Below are positions 53,401 through 64,000 of a stretch of DNA of 64,000 bases, one piece after another. Within the stretch, counting starts at the first letter, position 1; each line of letters begins with the position of its first letter. The stretch covers positions 11,732,243 through 11,796,242 of the forward strand of contig NC_052176.1 of assembly GCF_902713615.1 (NCBI RefSeq), written 5' to 3'. The position numbers were made by a program, and so were the translations under genes. The DNA is from Scyliorhinus canicula. Lineage: Eukaryota. The notes under the pieces are model-generated. The model did not search any database. It was not told the origin of the DNA and saw only the letters and a list, made by a program, of their open reading frames with translations.

Positions 53401-55557
53401 AGTGAGTAATCCCACACTCACACACTGTATCAGAGAGTGAGTAAATCCCACACTCACACACTGTATCAGAGAGTGAGTAAATCCCACACTCACACACTGT
53501 ATCAGAGAGTGAGTAAATCCCACACTCACACACTGTATCAGAGAGTGAGTAAATCCCACACTCACACACTGTATCAGAGAGTGAGTAAATCCCACACTCA
53601 CACACTGTATCAGAGAGTGAGTAAATCCCACACTCCACACTGTATCAGAGAGTGAGTAAATCCCACACTCCACACTGTATCAGAGAGTGAGTAAATCCCA
53701 CACTCACACACTGTATCAGAGAGTGAGTAAATCCCACACTCACACACTGTATCAGAGAGTGAGTAAATCCCACATCAACACTGTATCAGAGAGTGAGTAA
53801 ATCCCACACTCACACACTGTATCAGAGAGTGAGTAAATCCCACACTCACACACTGTATCAGAGAGTGAGTAAATCCCACACTCACACACTGTATCAGAGA
53901 GTGAGTAAATCCCACACCACACTGTATCAGAGAGTGAGTAAATCAAACACTGTATCAGAGAGTGAGTAAATCCCACACTCACACACTGTATCAGAGAGTG
54001 AGTAAATCCCACACTCACACTGTATCAGAGAGTGAGTAAATCCCACACTCACACACTGTATCAGAGAGTGAGTAAATCCCACACTCACACACTGTATCAG
54101 AGAGTGAGTAAATCCCACACTCACACACTGTATCAGAGAGTGAGTAAATCCCACACTCACACACTGTATCAGAGAGTGAGTAAATCCCACACTCACACAC
54201 TGTATCAGAGAGTGAGTAAATCCCACACTCACACTGTATCAGAGAGTGAGTAAATCCCACACTCCACACTGTATCAGAGAGTGAGTAAATCCCACACTCA
54301 CACACTGTATCAGAGAGTGAGTAAATCCCACACCACACACTGTATCAGAGAGTGAGTAAATCCCACACTCACACTGTATCAGAGAGTGAGTAAATCCCAC
54401 ACTCACACTGTATCAGAGAGTGAGTAAATCCCACACTCACACACTGTATCAGAGAGTGAGTAAATCCCACACTCACCCACTGTATCAGAGAGTGAGTAAA
54501 TCCCACACTCACACACTGTATCAGAGAGTGAGTAAATCCCACACTCACACACTGTATCAGAGAGTGAGTAAATCCCACACTACACACTGTATCAGAGAGT
54601 GAGTAAATCCCACACTCACACACTGTATCAGAGAGTGAGTAAATCCCACACTCACACTGTATCAGAGAGTGAGTAAATCCACACTCACACACTGTATCAG
54701 AGAGTGAGTAAATCCCACACTCACACTGTATCAGAGAGTGAGTAAATCCCACACTCACACACTGTATCAGAGAGTGAGTAAATCCCACACTCACACTGTA
54801 TCAGAGAGTGAGTAAATCCCACACTCACACACTGTATCAGAGAGTGAGTAAATCCCACACTTACACACTGTATCAGAGAGTGAGTAAATCCCACACTCAC
54901 ACACTGTATCAGAGAGTGAGTAAATCCCACACTCACACTGTATCAGAGAGTGAGTAAATCCCACACTCACACACTGTATCAGAGAGTGAGTAAATCCCAC
55001 ACTCACACACTGTATCAGAGAGTGAGTAAATCCCACACTCACACACTGTATCAGAGAGTGAGTAATCCCACACTCACACACTGTATCAGAGAGTGAGTAA
55101 ATCCCACACTCACACTGTATCAGAGAGTGAGTAAATCCCACACTCACACACTGTATCAGAGAGTGAGTAAATCCCACACTCACACACTGTATCAGAGAGT
55201 GAGTAAATCCCACACTCACACACTGTATCAGAGAGTGAGTAAATCCCACACTCACACACTGTATCAGAGAGTGAGTAAATCCCACACTCACACACTGTAT
55301 CAGAGAGTGAGTAAATCCCACACTCACACACTGTATCAGAGAGTGAGTAAATCCCACACTCACACACTGTATCAGAGAGTGAGTAAATCCCACACTCACA
55401 CACTGTATCAGAGAGTGAGTAAATCCCACACTCACACACTGTATCAGAGAGTGAGTAAATCCCACACACACACTGTATCAGAGAGGGAGTAAATCCCACA
55501 CTCACACTGTATCGGAGAATGAGTAAATCCCACACTCTGAGACTGTATCAGAGAGTG
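35490..55557 (+). repeat. ~20 kb satellite of 28-32 bp units (CACACTGTATCAGAGAGTGAGTAAATCCCACACT)
   Basis: Roughly 600 units by length; one LINE insertion at 37181-38447. Confidence 0.98.
37181..38447 (+). mobile_element. Young 5'-truncated CR1/HER1-like LINE; open RT frame to 38359
   Basis: Uninterrupted 387-codon frame with '[13 protein letters not shown]', '[10 protein letters not shown]', 'FADD'. (GTTCTAT)n tail; GAGT on both sides. Confidence 0.95.
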
Positions 55558-55558
55558 A

Positions 55559-55807
55559 CATGGAGATGCCGGCGTTAGACACGGGTGAGCACAGTATGAA
55601 ATTTTACACCACCAGCTTAAAGTCCAACAGGTTTGTTTCAAACGCGAGCTTTCGGCGCACTGCTCCTTCCTCAGGTGAATGGAGAGGTATGTGAATTATC
55701 CCTCACATACCTCTCCATTCACCTGAGGAAGGAGCAGTGCTCCGAAAGATCGTGTTTGAAACAAACCTGTTGGACTTTAACCTGGTGTTGTAAGACTTCT
55801 TACTGTG
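55559..55807. mobile_element. Palindromic Penelope terminal-repeat derivative with a hammerhead motif on each strand
   Basis: Arms 55590-55694 and 55703-55807 around spacer ATTATCCC; homologous to 18309-18445. Confidence 0.85.
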
Positions 55808-55943
55808 TATCAGAGAGTGAGTAAATCCCAGTCACACACTTTATACAGTGTGTGAGTGTGGGATTTACTAACTCTGATACAGAGAGTGAGTACTGGAGAC
55901 ATTCTTTCTGAAATGTATTTCCTTTTTGTCGTATCGGATGATT

Positions 55944-56100
55944 CTGATTGGTGGAAAATCTTAAATCTGATTGGTCTGTTCAGATCTCCAATCAAATAAA
56001 CAGAACATAACTGGCTGTCCTCATTTTCACAATGTCCAATCACAATCATTCCTTTCCCCATTCCTCATTAGCATAGATGTGAGGCTCTGTCTATTTAATC
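55944..56100 (+). promoter_or_regulatory. H2B copy 2 promoter: CCAAT boxes, ATTAGCAT (56067-56074), TATTTAA
   Basis: Near-identical to the copy 1 promoter apart from a ~25-bp indel. Confidence 0.75.
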
Positions 56101-56143
56101 AGCGCTCGGAAGGGGTTTGCTTTATTTCTGGGTGAAACTGAAG

Positions 56144-56530
56144 ATGGCTGACGAGAAGAAACCAACATCGAAACCAGCTGCCAAGAAGGGAGCCAAGAAA
56201 GTCATTAAGAAACCGGCAGTAAAGGGCGGCAAGAAGCGGCGAAGGTCGAGGAAGGAGAGTTACTCCATCTACATCTACAAAGTGATGAAGCAGGTTCACC
56301 CCGACACCGGCATCTCCTCCAAGGCCATGAGCATCATGAACTCGTTCGTCAGCGATATTTTCGAGCGTATCGCGGGTGAGGCTTCCCGCCTGGCCCATTA
56401 CAACAAGCGCAGCACCATCAGCTCCCGGGAGATCCAGACCGCCGTGCGCCTGCTGCTGCCCGGGGAACTGGCCAAGCACGCCGTGTCGGAAGGGACAAAG
56501 GCGGTCACCAAGTACACCAGCTCCAAGTAA
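56144..56530 (+). CDS. H2B: Replication-dependent histone H2B, 128 aa, copy 2
   Basis: Histone fold identical to copy 1; three amino-acid differences in the N-tail. Confidence 0.98.
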   Translation: MADEKKPTSKPAAKKGAKKVIKKPAVKGGKKRRRSRKESYSIYIYKVMKQVHPDTGISSKAMSIMNSFVSDIFERIAGEASRLAHYNKRSTISSREIQTAVRLLLPGELAKHAVSEGTKAVTKYTSSK

Positions 56531-56567
56531 AACTGCACAATGGACTGAAAACCACCCCAAACACAAC

Positions 56568-56583
56568 GGCTCTTTTAAGAGCC
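56568..56583 (+). other. Histone 3' stem-loop (H2B copy 2)
   Basis: GGCTCTTTTAAGAGCC-ACCCA; purine-rich GAAAAAGCTG at ~56599. Confidence 0.96.
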
Positions 56584-58130
56584 ACCCACAATCTCTGTGA
56601 AAAAGCTGCACCATCTTTTCCCGCATTGACTTCATGAGAAATCTCTTTGTGGAGGATAGAGATTTGTCCCGTTCCAGAATGTTGTGAATGTGGCTTCATA
56701 CCCGCCCGTCACAGACAGTTTCACACAGAAGAGACACTCAAACTGAATTGAGAGCGGATTTTAAACCCAGTCTGGTATTTGTGACGGACAATGAGGAGAA
56801 ACACAATTTCAGGAGGGAATTATTTAAATTTAATGATAAATATATTCAGAGTTTAACAACAGGTGAGTTGAATTCATGAGGAGATTATTATTTTTTTTCT
56901 CTCGGGTGACCTGGTTCCCGCTCCCGGAACAGAGTAAAGGCGGGAATGAAGAGGTTATTTTCGGGCTGATGTGTTTATTCCGCAGTTTCCCAGGGGACGG
57001 AATCAGCGAGATTTGAGCACACACAGGACCTGTGTCCATTGCAGCGCTTTAAGATCTGCCTCTCCCCGGCCCTCCCTATTCTCCGGACACAAAGCTGCCT
57101 GTTCCACCGGCGGGATAGAGTCGGGGATTCTCTCCACACTTCCCAGTGTAACATTCCCGGCCGCTTTCAGGAGAGAGGCTCAGAAATCAGCCCTTTCTCT
57201 CTGTCCCTGTGTAGCCTGTGTGAAGGAGTTGGTTGGTAATCTCTATGTTTCTGCTTTTGCAGTGAGCTGAGATTTGCTCCGTTTTAAATTGCTGAACGGG
57301 GTCTTATTACCGCCGGTTACAGATAAGAGACTGACAAATTCAAACTGTTCCTAAAATAGAGCCAGGATTCTGGGAGGGAAAATCCAATAAACAGATCACA
57401 AAGTGTGAGATTCAAATAGTTTCCTGAACATTGAGCCGTTCCGTTATTTGGGATTTTCCTGCACTGAAATTGGCGGGAGTTTGGAATTTGAAAATGTCAG
57501 CCAATCAAACCCTGTAACTCCTCTCCAGCTCTCCGATTGGTTCAGGCAGAACTCACTCCGCCGCCTTGGCTTTGTGCTGAAAGCTGTTATTATTCTGTTA
57601 TTTTCACAGCCCCCAAATCACCTCATCAGCTGCTGTTTTTAGCTGGAACGGAGCCTTCTCTCAATTCCTGAAATGTTCATTAACCCATCATTTTATTCCC
57701 AGTAATTCTCTGCTGGGTAACAGTCGGGAATGGGATTATCCCAGAGCGGAATAAGGACAGTCTGAGGACTCGATCCCACTCCCTGTTTTCAGTGAAGGAC
57801 ACTCGGTCCTGACTGAAGTCTAAACGGAGCGTTTTCCTTCCGGGAATGCTGTGAACAGGGATTGATTCCCGCCCGGGACAGTTAGAAAGCGGGAGGAGAA
57901 TGAACCACATTTAAACTAAATGTTAAACCCGCGCCTGTGATTGGTGACGGGAAGCGCTGAATCAAACCGAATAAATAGAAGGGATTTGAAATCTCTGACC
58001 AAGGACGACATTTATTTGAATTCGCTCCTTTCCCACAATGAAATTGGCGGCTTTTTGAAATGGACAAATTCTCAGCTTCTGCCGGTAGTTGTGGGTAAAA
58101 CCCGCCCCCTTCAGTTTATAAGAACAGTAA

Positions 58131-58562
<432 letters not shown>

Positions 58563-58592
58563 AGCGACCATTCTTTAATCTAATAACCCAAA

Positions 58593-58608
58593 GGCTCTTT
58601 TCAGAGCC
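58593..58608 (+). other. Histone 3' stem-loop (H2A copy 2)
   Basis: GGCTCTTTTCAGAGCC. Confidence 0.96.
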
Positions 58609-59101
58609 ACTCACTTTATCTGAAAAAGGCCTAACTATTGTCTGACCGTCAGAGATTCTGCTCTGTTGCTTAATGTGCAAATGTTTTACGCTTTACGACA
58701 TCAATCCTTGGAGCATTCTGTGCGCGACATTATTAATATATTCTGTATATATGATACATTTTAATTGACGGTGTTTATTGCGGATAAAAGTATGTGAAGA
58801 GAAATGATCTTAGTTTCAATAATATTGCTTATATAAGGAAGTGTGCGATATGTAATCTCTCCGGAAGTTTCTGCTCGACTATTTAATGTGTAGATGTTTC
58901 TGCAATAAGTTAATATTTGTGACTCGTTTCTCACTCGGAGCCTCATATTAATATCAATTCTGCTTCAGAGATAAGGAGACGAGAGAAACTCCATTTCAAT
59001 GGAGCGTAAATTGTAATTTTGAGAGGCTTCAGCATTGGAACCAGTAACAGGAGGTCGCAGCATTTATTTGTCGATTTAGCGACTCTGAACCAGGACCGGG
59101 A

Positions 59102-59121
59102 GGCTTTTTCAGAGCCACCCA
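59102..59121 (+). other. Orphan degenerate histone stem-loop with no upstream histone ORF
   Basis: GGCTTTTTCAGAGCC-ACCCA, one base shorter than the consensus. Confidence 0.7.
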
Positions 59122-59129
59122 TTCTCTGC

Positions 59130-59291
59130 GGGCTGGTTTAGCACAAGGCTAAAGCAGTCCAAGGCAGGCCAGGAGCACGGTTCAATTCCCGTTCCAGCCT
59201 CCCTGAACATGCGCCGCAATGTGGCGACTAGGGACTTTTCACGGTAACTTCATTTGAAGCCTACTCGTGACAATAAGCCATTTTCATTTCA
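59130..59291 (+). mobile_element. Short tRNA-derived SINE (same family as 3696-3884), internally deleted
   Basis: GGGCTGGTTTAGCAC head, GGTTCAATTCCC B-box, TTTTCATTTCA tail. Confidence 0.85.
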
Positions 59292-59436
59292 TAAAAGGGT
59301 GACTCGTGGCCCATCCGATTAATTCTGGTGCATGTGAGAATTTCACTCAAGCTTCCGAAAGCCGATGCTTATATTCGAAATCACACGTCAACTGAGAGGA
59401 ATTGGGTGGAGAAGCTCCCTTCCTGACAGACGTGGT

Positions 59437-59452
59437 GGCTCCTAAAAGAGCC
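59437..59452 (-). other. Histone 3' stem-loop (H3), variant
   Basis: Minus strand GGCTCT-TTTA-GGAGCC then ACCAC, and GAAGGGAGCT downstream. Confidence 0.9.
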
Positions 59453-59481
59453 TTTGTTGTTATTATTGGTGAAGCCGGGTT

Positions 59482-59949
<468 letters not shown>

Positions 59950-60110
59950 CTATTTAAGGCATTATAGTGACCGCCCTCTTCTCCTCATTGGATGCAGCCC
60001 GATCCCGTGGACAAGTTTGAAAAGAGCGATGGGCGGCAAGGATATCAGGGCCCTGATTGGTGGACCTGCAACTGACAAACCATCAAATTCAAAAAGCCCG
60101 CCAATTTCAC
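59950..60110 (-). promoter_or_regulatory. H3 promoter: TATA-like TTAAATA, two CCAAT boxes, CDE/CHR-like GGCGG-N4-TTTGAA (60088-60104)
   Basis: Motifs read on the minus strand. Confidence 0.7.
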
Positions 60111-60210
60111 AGGGACAGGGAACGGGTATTTGGGAAAACCGAAATAATTTGAAAATAGAACAGTACAGCACAGAACAGTAATGGACCACCATGCTACCCT
60201 GCTACCCCGT

Positions 60211-60526
60211 GGGTCTCACGGTAGCATGGTGGTTAGCATCAATGCTTCATAGCTCCAGGGTCCCAGGTTCGATTCCCGGCTGGGTCACTGTCTGTGTGGA
60301 GTCTGCACGTTCTCCCCGTGTGTGCGTGGGTTTCCTCCGGTTGCTCCGGTTTCCTCCCACAGTCCAAAGATGTGCGGGTTAGGTGGATTGGCCATGCTAA
60401 ATTGCCCGTAGTGTAAGGTTAATGGGGGGATTGTTGGGTTATGGGTTACGTGTGTTTAAGTAGGGTGATCATTGTTCGGCACAACATCGAGGGCCGAAGG
60501 GCCTGTGCTGTACTGTTCTATCTATG
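60211..60526 (+). mobile_element. HE1-type SINE
   Basis: Co-linear with 33061-33405. Confidence 0.9.
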
Positions 60527-60814
60527 CCCCAAATTGAACCTCAAGTTGTGAATATCAAAAGCTTATCAACGATTCCTGCTCCCAGATTCGACCCACTGCC
60601 TGAACACCCGGATTACAACAGACTGGGGATAAAGCTCCTATTGAGGGGCGGAATTCTGTATCCTTTTAATCCGATCAGTGATATCGGTTATTTCATTGCA
60701 AAACGTAAGCTATTAAAAGGAACGCTGACTGACTCGTTTAGCGACTGCTCTTGGGGAGATGGACGGAGGAGGTGTTTACAGATCAGTTATGCAAACAGTG
60801 TCTCTGGACAATGA

Positions 60815-60943
60815 TATGTAGATGCCGGCGTTGGACTGGGGTGAGCACAGTAAGAATTTTGATTCACCTGAGCAAGGAGCAGTGCTCCGAAAGCTCGTGT
60901 TTGAAACAAACCTGTTGGACTTGAACCTGGTGTTGGAAGACTT
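60815..60943. mobile_element. Rearranged Penelope terminal-repeat fragment (inverted tail plus hammerhead-bearing segment)
   Basis: 60820-60860 is the reverse complement of the tail. CACCTGAGCAAGGAGCAGTGCTCCGAAAGCTCGTG at ~60865-60899. Confidence 0.8.
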
Positions 60944-61084
60944 ATCTGATCAATGTCAGTGTTCATTATGCGTGGTTACAGGTTTGACGCTACCCGTCTC
61001 ATCAGTTATGCCTCGCCAAACCATCGAGCATGCGTTATTCTGCTGTCATTCTAAGGTCAGTGCTCTCCATGTGAGGGATTGGGC

Positions 61085-61100
61085 GGCTCTTAAAAGAGCC
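61085..61100 (-). other. Histone 3' stem-loop (H4 copy 2)
   Basis: Minus strand GGCTCTTTTAAGAGCC-GCCCA. Confidence 0.95.
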
Positions 61101-61131
61101 TTTGGGTTTTGTCAAATTGTTAAATGGATGT

Positions 61132-61452
<321 letters not shown>

Positions 61453-62211
61453 TCAGCCAAATCGCTGCTGAATGAGAGACGAGCTGCTGCACTTTCCTTT
61501 ATTATACAGCCCGCCCCGACCTGGCTGAGAAAGGGAGAGAGGCGGGGAGCAGACTGAGTGACAGACAGAGCAGTGAAATGTCTTTGACCATCCAGCTCCG
61601 CCTCCTGCCTGCTCCAACCCACATTGTTGAATTCTCCACAATGGAAGTGAATACAACACTCGGCACAAAGTTTACAGATTGGAGCCTCGTATTCAACTGG
61701 GTCAGAAACCAGCAGCTTTTCAATGCTGAGCTGGTACAATTAACATTTAGTCATATTCCCGCCGAAATCCAGTCCTTTCAGAGCCAGTCAGCCCGTCTGC
61801 TCCCACTTCAATCCCAGTTTCTGCTCCATCCCCACACACCTCCCCTCCCAGACGGTTGGACAATTTCCTAAAACCTCACTCCAGCTGAACGAGACAAACT
61901 CATGTGTTGGGCTTTGAGTTGTGAGGCGGGCTTTCTCCGCCCGGGTTCCTGTCTCACACACTCTCCCCCTGAATCTGTGAAAAGGAAACGAGCAGAAACT
62001 GAGAGAGCAGCCGGACATATCCCCAGTTGCAATGGGGCCCGGACATCCCTGTGTTTTATTACAGAGTGAGGGAGATGCTGGGTACAGCGCATGTCAGTGA
62101 GACACCGGCAACCTTCCATTTCATATCAATCATTTCTATCTGAAATCTGCTCCCAGCGCCGGCACAGGGATCAATTGAAGGGGGATCAGCTCTTTCCTGA
62201 GAGATGTGGGC

Positions 62212-62227
62212 GGCTCTGAGAAGAGCC
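62212..62227 (-). other. Histone 3' stem-loop (H1)
   Basis: Minus strand GGCTCTTCTCAGAGCC; downstream element GAAAGAGCTG. Confidence 0.95.
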
Positions 62228-62263
62228 TTTGGGTTCAGAGGTTTACAATTTGCTCGCGTTCTT

Positions 62264-62929
62264 TCACTTCTTTCCTGGCGCTGCTTTCTTAGCCTTTGCT
62301 GCTTTCACTTTGGGCTTGGCCTTCCATTGATTCACTTTTGTTAAAGGCTTTCCGCCCCTGACCTTCTTCCCAGGAGACTTTTTCTTCAGCGCTGCTTTCT
62401 TCACCGCCTTTTTTGCAGCTGCCGCCTTCTTGCTGCTTGTTTTCCTGACTGTAGATTTCTTCACTGGAGTTTTCTTGGCTGCGGATTTCTTGGCTGGAGA
62501 TTTTTGAGCTGCTGTTTTCTTTGTTCTCACCTTCTTGGCCGCTGTTTTCTTCACTAAAGATTTCTTGGCTGTTGGTTTCTTCACCTTTCCCATTTTCCCC
62601 TGGCTTTCCTTCTTGGGGATTTTGAAGGATCCGGAGGCGCCCTGTCCCTTTGTCTGCACCAGGGAGCCTTTGTCCACCTTCCTCTTGATAGTTAACCTGA
62701 TCTGGGAGCCGCGCTTGGCCACATCCACTCCGCTGCCAGACAAAGCTTTCTTTATGGCGAACAGGGACATCCCGTTGCGATCGCTGCAACCCGCCACAAG
62801 CTGGAGGATCTGCTCGCCTAACTTGGGAGCGGCTGCCTTAGATCGGGGAGCCGCCTTCTTCTTCCTGGGAGATTTGACTGGAGCAGGAGCGGATGGAGGA
62901 GCCGTTTGGGCGGCTGCAGTTTCAGTCAT
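62264..62929 (-). CDS. H1: Linker histone H1, 221 aa
   Basis: Globular domain ending '[16 protein letters not shown]', Lys/Ala-rich tail, S/TPxK motifs, stem-loop downstream. Confidence 0.96.
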   Translation of the reverse strand: MTETAAAQTAPPSAPAPVKSPRKKKAAPRSKAAAPKLGEQILQLVAGCSDRNGMSLFAIKKALSGSGVDVAKRGSQIRLTIKRKVDKGSLVQTKGQGASGSFKIPKKESQGKMGKVKKPTAKKSLVKKTAAKKVRTKKTAAQKSPAKKSAAKKTPVKKSTVRKTSSKKAAAAKKAVKKAALKKKSPGKKVRGGKPLTKVNQWKAKPKVKAAKAKKAAPGKK

Positions 62930-63068
62930 ATCCGAGACTGTGTAGAAAATGTGTGACAGTCAGAACTGAATCAGGAATGAAACCAGTGGTGGCGACACAG
63001 AGCAACTTAAAGGCAGAGAGCGGACGGAGCAGAGAGCTGCTGTCAGCTGCCGGTTCCTCCAGCCTCTC

Positions 63069-63075
63069 TGTGTTT
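63069..63075 (-). promoter_or_regulatory. H1 (AC) box AAACACA
   Basis: Exact motif 140 bp upstream of the H1 ATG. An inverted copy at 63423-63429 may be the upstream TG box. Confidence 0.65.
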
Positions 63076-63630
63076 CTCTCCCCTCACAAACTCTCCAATT
63101 CCACTCAAATTCCCATTCTCCACAGATCCAGGCTGCATCCATCATGTCTCCCACACTCCAATGTTTGCTGTTGAAAAGCTTTCACTCGAATTGAGGTCTC
63201 CATTTTCCATTTAACCCCGTTTTACTGCTGCACTGATCTCGCTCTCACACGCGATAGCTGACATGTTCTCTACTTTTCCACTCAAATCTTCAATTTAACA
63301 AAACTATTATCCTGAAATCAAACTTTGGGGCTGAGCACGACATTAAGGGGATCCTTTGATTGAAAAATCATTTCATTTTCCATAAGAGAGACTGGGAGAT
63401 CTCCTGATCAGAACAGACACACAAACACAGTTCCATTAGTCAGACCCATCCGCCCCTTCATACACTCTCTCTCACACAATATTCACATCTACACATTCAC
63501 ACATCAAATGAAAGCTCCCAGGATGGAATGTCTCCTCCTTTCCGCCTTTGCTCCGGATTCCAGGGGGTTAGTTCCAGTTTTCACCTCAGTAACTGTTAAA
63601 CACACTGAGGCCCGGAGCCCGCAGATTGTC

Positions 63631-63745
63631 TTTTAATTCATTCATGGAATGTGGGCGTCGCTGGCAGGATCAGCATTTATTGTCCATCCCTAATTGCCCT
63701 TGAGGAGGTGGCGCTGAGCTGCCTTCTTGAACCGCTGCAGTCCAC
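63631..63745 (-). mobile_element. Probable 3' terminus of a common shark LINE/SINE
   Basis: TTCATTCATGGAATGTGGGCGTCGCTGGC...AGCATTTATTGTCCATCCCTAATTGCCCTTGAG, recognised from memory only. Confidence 0.5.
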
Positions 63746-63944
63746 TCACTGATAATGGAGTTTGTGACAGTGACAGACAATTTCTGACCAGACTTCCATT
63801 TCCAATGGTGGTAAAATGATAGAGGGAATTTTCATACAGTGACTCAGACACTGGTGACTGCAGAACTAATGTCCAACACTGACAGATACAGAATTAAACT
63901 AACCATCACAGTCAGTGCCACAGAATGGCAATCCCAAAAATCAC

Positions 63945-64000
63945 ATAATATTCCAGGTGTGGCCTCACCAAGGCCCTGGATAATTACAACAAAACATCCC
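63945..64000 (-). mobile_element. CR1 RT fragment running off the window
   Basis: Minus strand reads '...RALVRPHLEY'. Confidence 0.65.

Noticed and set aside
35496-55535. Many 'CVSVGFTHSLIQ' and 'SKSHTHTLYQRV' ORFs resembling zinc-finger repeats
   Set aside because: Frames of the satellite; units vary by 1-2 bp with no frame conservation or C2H2 spacing.

Overview
Vertebrate DNA, almost certainly from a cartilaginous fish (shark-type HE1 SINEs and HER1/CR1 LINEs). The window holds part of a replication-dependent histone gene cluster in two related units about 44 kb apart. Unit 1 (12.0-14.7 kb) is H2B> H2A> <H4; its H2A carries a +1 frameshift. Unit 2 (56.1-62.9 kb) is H2B> H2A> <H3 <H4 <H1. 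All are intronless and end in a histone stem-loop. The rest is nested retroelements (CR1, L1, Tx1, Penelope-like elements with hammerhead motifs, HE1 and a second tRNA-derived SINE), a hAT/Buster fragment, a CpG-rich promoter with apparently non-coding exons near 20.3 kb, and several tandem arrays, including a ~20 kb satellite directly upstream of the second H2B. I see no clearly new protein-coding system. The best leads are the predicted non-stop H2A mRNA, the differential satellite expansion at the two H2B promoters, an orphan histone 3' signal split by a SINE, an atypical H3 stem-loop, and a Penelope fragment starting at its predicted hammerhead cleavage site. Repeat family names come from motif recognition, not database searches. 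Three N-gaps and irregular repeat stretches limit confidence in array lengths.
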